Below, in pieces: positions 60,890-64,000 of a stretch of DNA of 64,000 bases; the first letter of the stretch is position 1, and every line of letters starts with the position of its first letter. The stretch lies in NCBI GenBank assembly GCA_963693365.1, contig CAVNZM010000001.1, positions 3,860,907 through 3,924,906 on the forward strand. The letters run 5' to 3'. The translations under genes and the position numbers were made by a program. The notes below the pieces were generated by a model. That model did not search any database. It had not been told where the DNA came from and worked only from the letters and a program-made list of their open reading frames with translations. This DNA is from Amoebidium appalachense (taxonomy: Eukaryota > Protista > Ichthyosporea).

Positions 60890-61171
60890 CGCAAAAAGAG
60901 ACAGCGCAAAGGCCAGCGAAGGTTAGGGGGTTGGTATGTGTGTGGATCGTAGGGGAGAGAAGCATAAAAACATATAGATAAATGTAAATGTGTATAAATA
61001 TGGGGTGAAAGGGGGGGGGGAGGAGGGGGGGGGAAGAGGGAGATAGAAAAGGGGGAGAAAGGGGGGGGAGGGGGGGGGGGGGAAGGAAGAGACAGGGAGG
61101 CAGAGGGATAGAGAAAGTGAGAGAGGAGAAAGAGAGAGGAGAGAGAGAGAGAGAGAGAGAGAGACAGAAAG

Positions 61172-61230
<59 letters not shown>

Positions 61231-61250
61231 AGGGGGGGGGGGGGGGGGGG

Positions 61251-61344
<94 letters not shown>

Positions 61345-61963
61345 AGAGATAGGGAGAGCGTGAGAGAGAGCGAGAGAAGGAAAGAGAGGGGAGGCTTCTC
61401 GAATGCTTGATGAATCATTTCTGGAAGGGCTCTAACAACAACCGGCTTTACTAACAAGTTCCTAAAAAAGCGAAAAGTGACCGGTAATGACGCGGCATCA
61501 GGACATTCGTCCGGACGCTGTGCTCGTGGCAATTCCCAGCTTACGTACACACTTGTAACTCAGCGCAATCCTTCCATGCCTCCCTTGCTTACAAACAACG
61601 TCCTGAGTCCGGCCCCTCCCCTACACCCACCTGGTTGTGGGGCGCCCCGCTAAGGGGCTTCGGTTGAGGCTCATGTTGCTGGATTCCTCTGAGTCTGTTA
61701 GGTACTACCCCCAGCCATCATGCTTCACTGCCAAACTTCGTTATTTGTCACCTATATGCAGCTATACGTTGGTATGGTATTGTCTTCCCCTACAATAATC
61801 ATGGCATCTCGACAGCCTGAGTATGTAGTAGACTGTCAGAGTGTAGGAGGCCTTGAGCTAGGGGGTGCGATAGTGAAAAGCCAGGGTGCAAAAATAGAGT
61901 CAGAATTTGGAAAGTAGGGTCAACTTTTTGGTCAAACCTGAAGTCGGGTTCCAGGTGACCCTG

Positions 61964-62003
<40 letters not shown>

Positions 62004-62802
62004 TTCGAACCCTGCCGCCACACCGCAGTTTGCTTCAAGTTGATGATTGGCTGAATGCGCACCAGTTCCTAATTAAGAAGGTATCGAGCTATTTTTGGCA
62101 AGTAAAACCAAGTGCTCAGGGTGCGTGCCACATTCCGCCGGTATAAGTCTGAACGCAGCTGCACATCCTTTTGGGCTGCTTGGCCTTTCCAATGTAAAAG
62201 CACTAAAATTCATAGTCTTTCTTTAATAAACATCAGCATTGTCGTAATAACGGTTCCTTTTCTTACATTGTATTCTAAAGAATCTGAACATAAAGCCTAC
62301 AACAAAGCATAGATCTGAGCCTTGACGTATATAGCGTTGATTGGTCAACTTATAGTATATATCACCCCTTGTTTACTGATTGGCTGTAGCCACCCAACCG
62401 GGTACACACTATATTAGATGCTTCTGACGTCATCTATCATACATTTCAGCCCAGATTTCTAGTTTTACTTGTTGACAGAGTCTACACTCTGTAGATGGTC
62501 ATCCACGACAGTCACTCAGGCACGGTCCGTCGCTGCAGTGCCCCACTGCCCACCGTACCGTTGCCCCTCTGACTAGGACTCTTTGGCAGTAGTGACACTC
62601 ATGTTGTGAACTTAAAAGAAATCTTGAAGTGCCACAGCGTATTAGCGCGGCAGGGTAGCGGTGTCAGCATAAATGAGCTCCTTCTCTAGAAAGGGGTCGG
62701 TGGGCAAAGAGGAGGCGGACAGCCACACGAGCTACACGGCACTAACGACAAACGAAGACAACACACCCCTTATGAGAGCCGAGGAAGGCCAAGAAATGAA
62801 AA

Positions 62803-64000
62803 ATGGCCGCCCTTCCTGTTCCTGCCATTCACAGTGAGTCCCACAAGACGCGCGAGAAGCTCCTTGCCGTTTTGGCCTGCCTGGGCTGGGCCTGCGTGTC
62901 CAGTCTTCTTATTATGCTCAATGCACACATTCTTCGCGCGGAGGGCTTCAACTACCCCATCTTGCTGTGCAGTCTGGGCCAAGGGTTCAGTGGGCTGATG
63001 GCGTTTGTGCTGGTGCGTCTTGGCGTTTACCGCAACAACGTGGTGTTTACACCCGACAGCTATGCACGATCCATCCTGCCCATCGGCCTAGCCAGCGCTG
63101 GCACGCTGGCCCTCGGGAATGCAGGGTACCTCTTCCTGAGTGTGTCGTTTATCCAGATGCTTAAGGTATGTGCTGTTGTATGTGTGTGTGTGTTTATCTG
63201 GCTGTAAATCTGCTTTTTCTTTTTGTCTGCTTCTCACCTCATCTGCTTTTATTCGCGAATAGAAAAGGTTAAGGCACAACATATGATGGTTCTTGTTCGT
63301 GTAGGTGAGGTGAAAGTAAGGGGCTTCTACCAAGCACTTAGCTTGCTATGCTCTCATCACCTTGCTTTGTTGATCTTGTGTTGTGCCCAATGTCACGTGT
63401 GCGCTGCTCATACAAAGGCACATGCACTTGTACAGTGCACGTGACCATGTGCACGAGTGGGCACACAAGCACGCCAAAACCCATATTTCCACACACACAC
63501 GCACACACACAGACAGAGAGAGAGAGAGAGGGACAGACAGACAGACACACACATGCACATGCACAAACATTCAACACTTTCGCGCAGGCCGACATGTTCG
63601 TGCACTCCCATGGGTACGTGTTAATAAACACCCCACGGTGCAGCCATGTCTTGTAAAGTCGTGCAAGCACATACAGCTGATGCTTGTGGGTGCTCCGATC
63701 TACCGTTTGCACATACACTCCTGTGGTATGATTATGAAAGAACGTATATTGGTGCCCCTCCAAAACTTCAAGACCTCTCGTTCTTTTTTCAACAACTCCA
63801 CTTTGGGTTACCGAAGTTGGCCTTTATTCACTTGGTTTAACCTGGGCTGCCAAGCTAATTTTGCTCTTGTTTTTCCTCCCACTTTCCGTTATCCCCTTTA
63901 TTTTACCCATTCGATTACGCCCCCTCCCGCTAATACCACATACACACACAGGCCGGCACACCAGTGATTACGATGCTCGTGATGTTTGCGTTTGGGCTGG
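62803..64000 (+). CDS. Triose-phosphate/nucleotide-sugar transporter family (TPT/SLC35E-like), 5' part; exons 62803-63165 and 63952 to the window end
   Basis: W..VSSLLIMLN...FNYPILL and ILPIGLASAGTLALGNAGYLFLSVSFIQMLK|AGTPVITML are typical of TPT-family transporters. Phase-0 GT-AG intron. Confidence 0.85.

Overview
Eukaryotic, intron-rich window, probably from a unicellular opisthokont (inferred from gene content). It is saturated with (CA/TG)n, (GA)n and poly-G/poly-C runs, which explain almost all short ORFs in the track. Four host genes could be assembled by hand: Tim13 (3 exons, - strand), an orphan 7-TM protein (2 exons, +), a ~26-kb many-exon C2+MUN (Munc13/CAPS/BAIAP3-like) gene (-), and the 5' part of a TPT/SLC35E-family transporter (+). 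Mobile DNA includes a 5-exon Mutator-like (MULE) transposase gene with a 5'-truncated LINE RT in intron 2, possibly inside a ~17-kb element with degenerate inverted ends; a TA-flanked TIR element carrying a decayed LINE RT fragment; and several MITEs. The most unusual signal is a family of about 11 intronic repeats. All lie sense to the host gene and end in poly(C), and their core folds into a pseudoknotted RNA with compensatory changes across three subfamilies. All alignments, translations and folds were done by eye.
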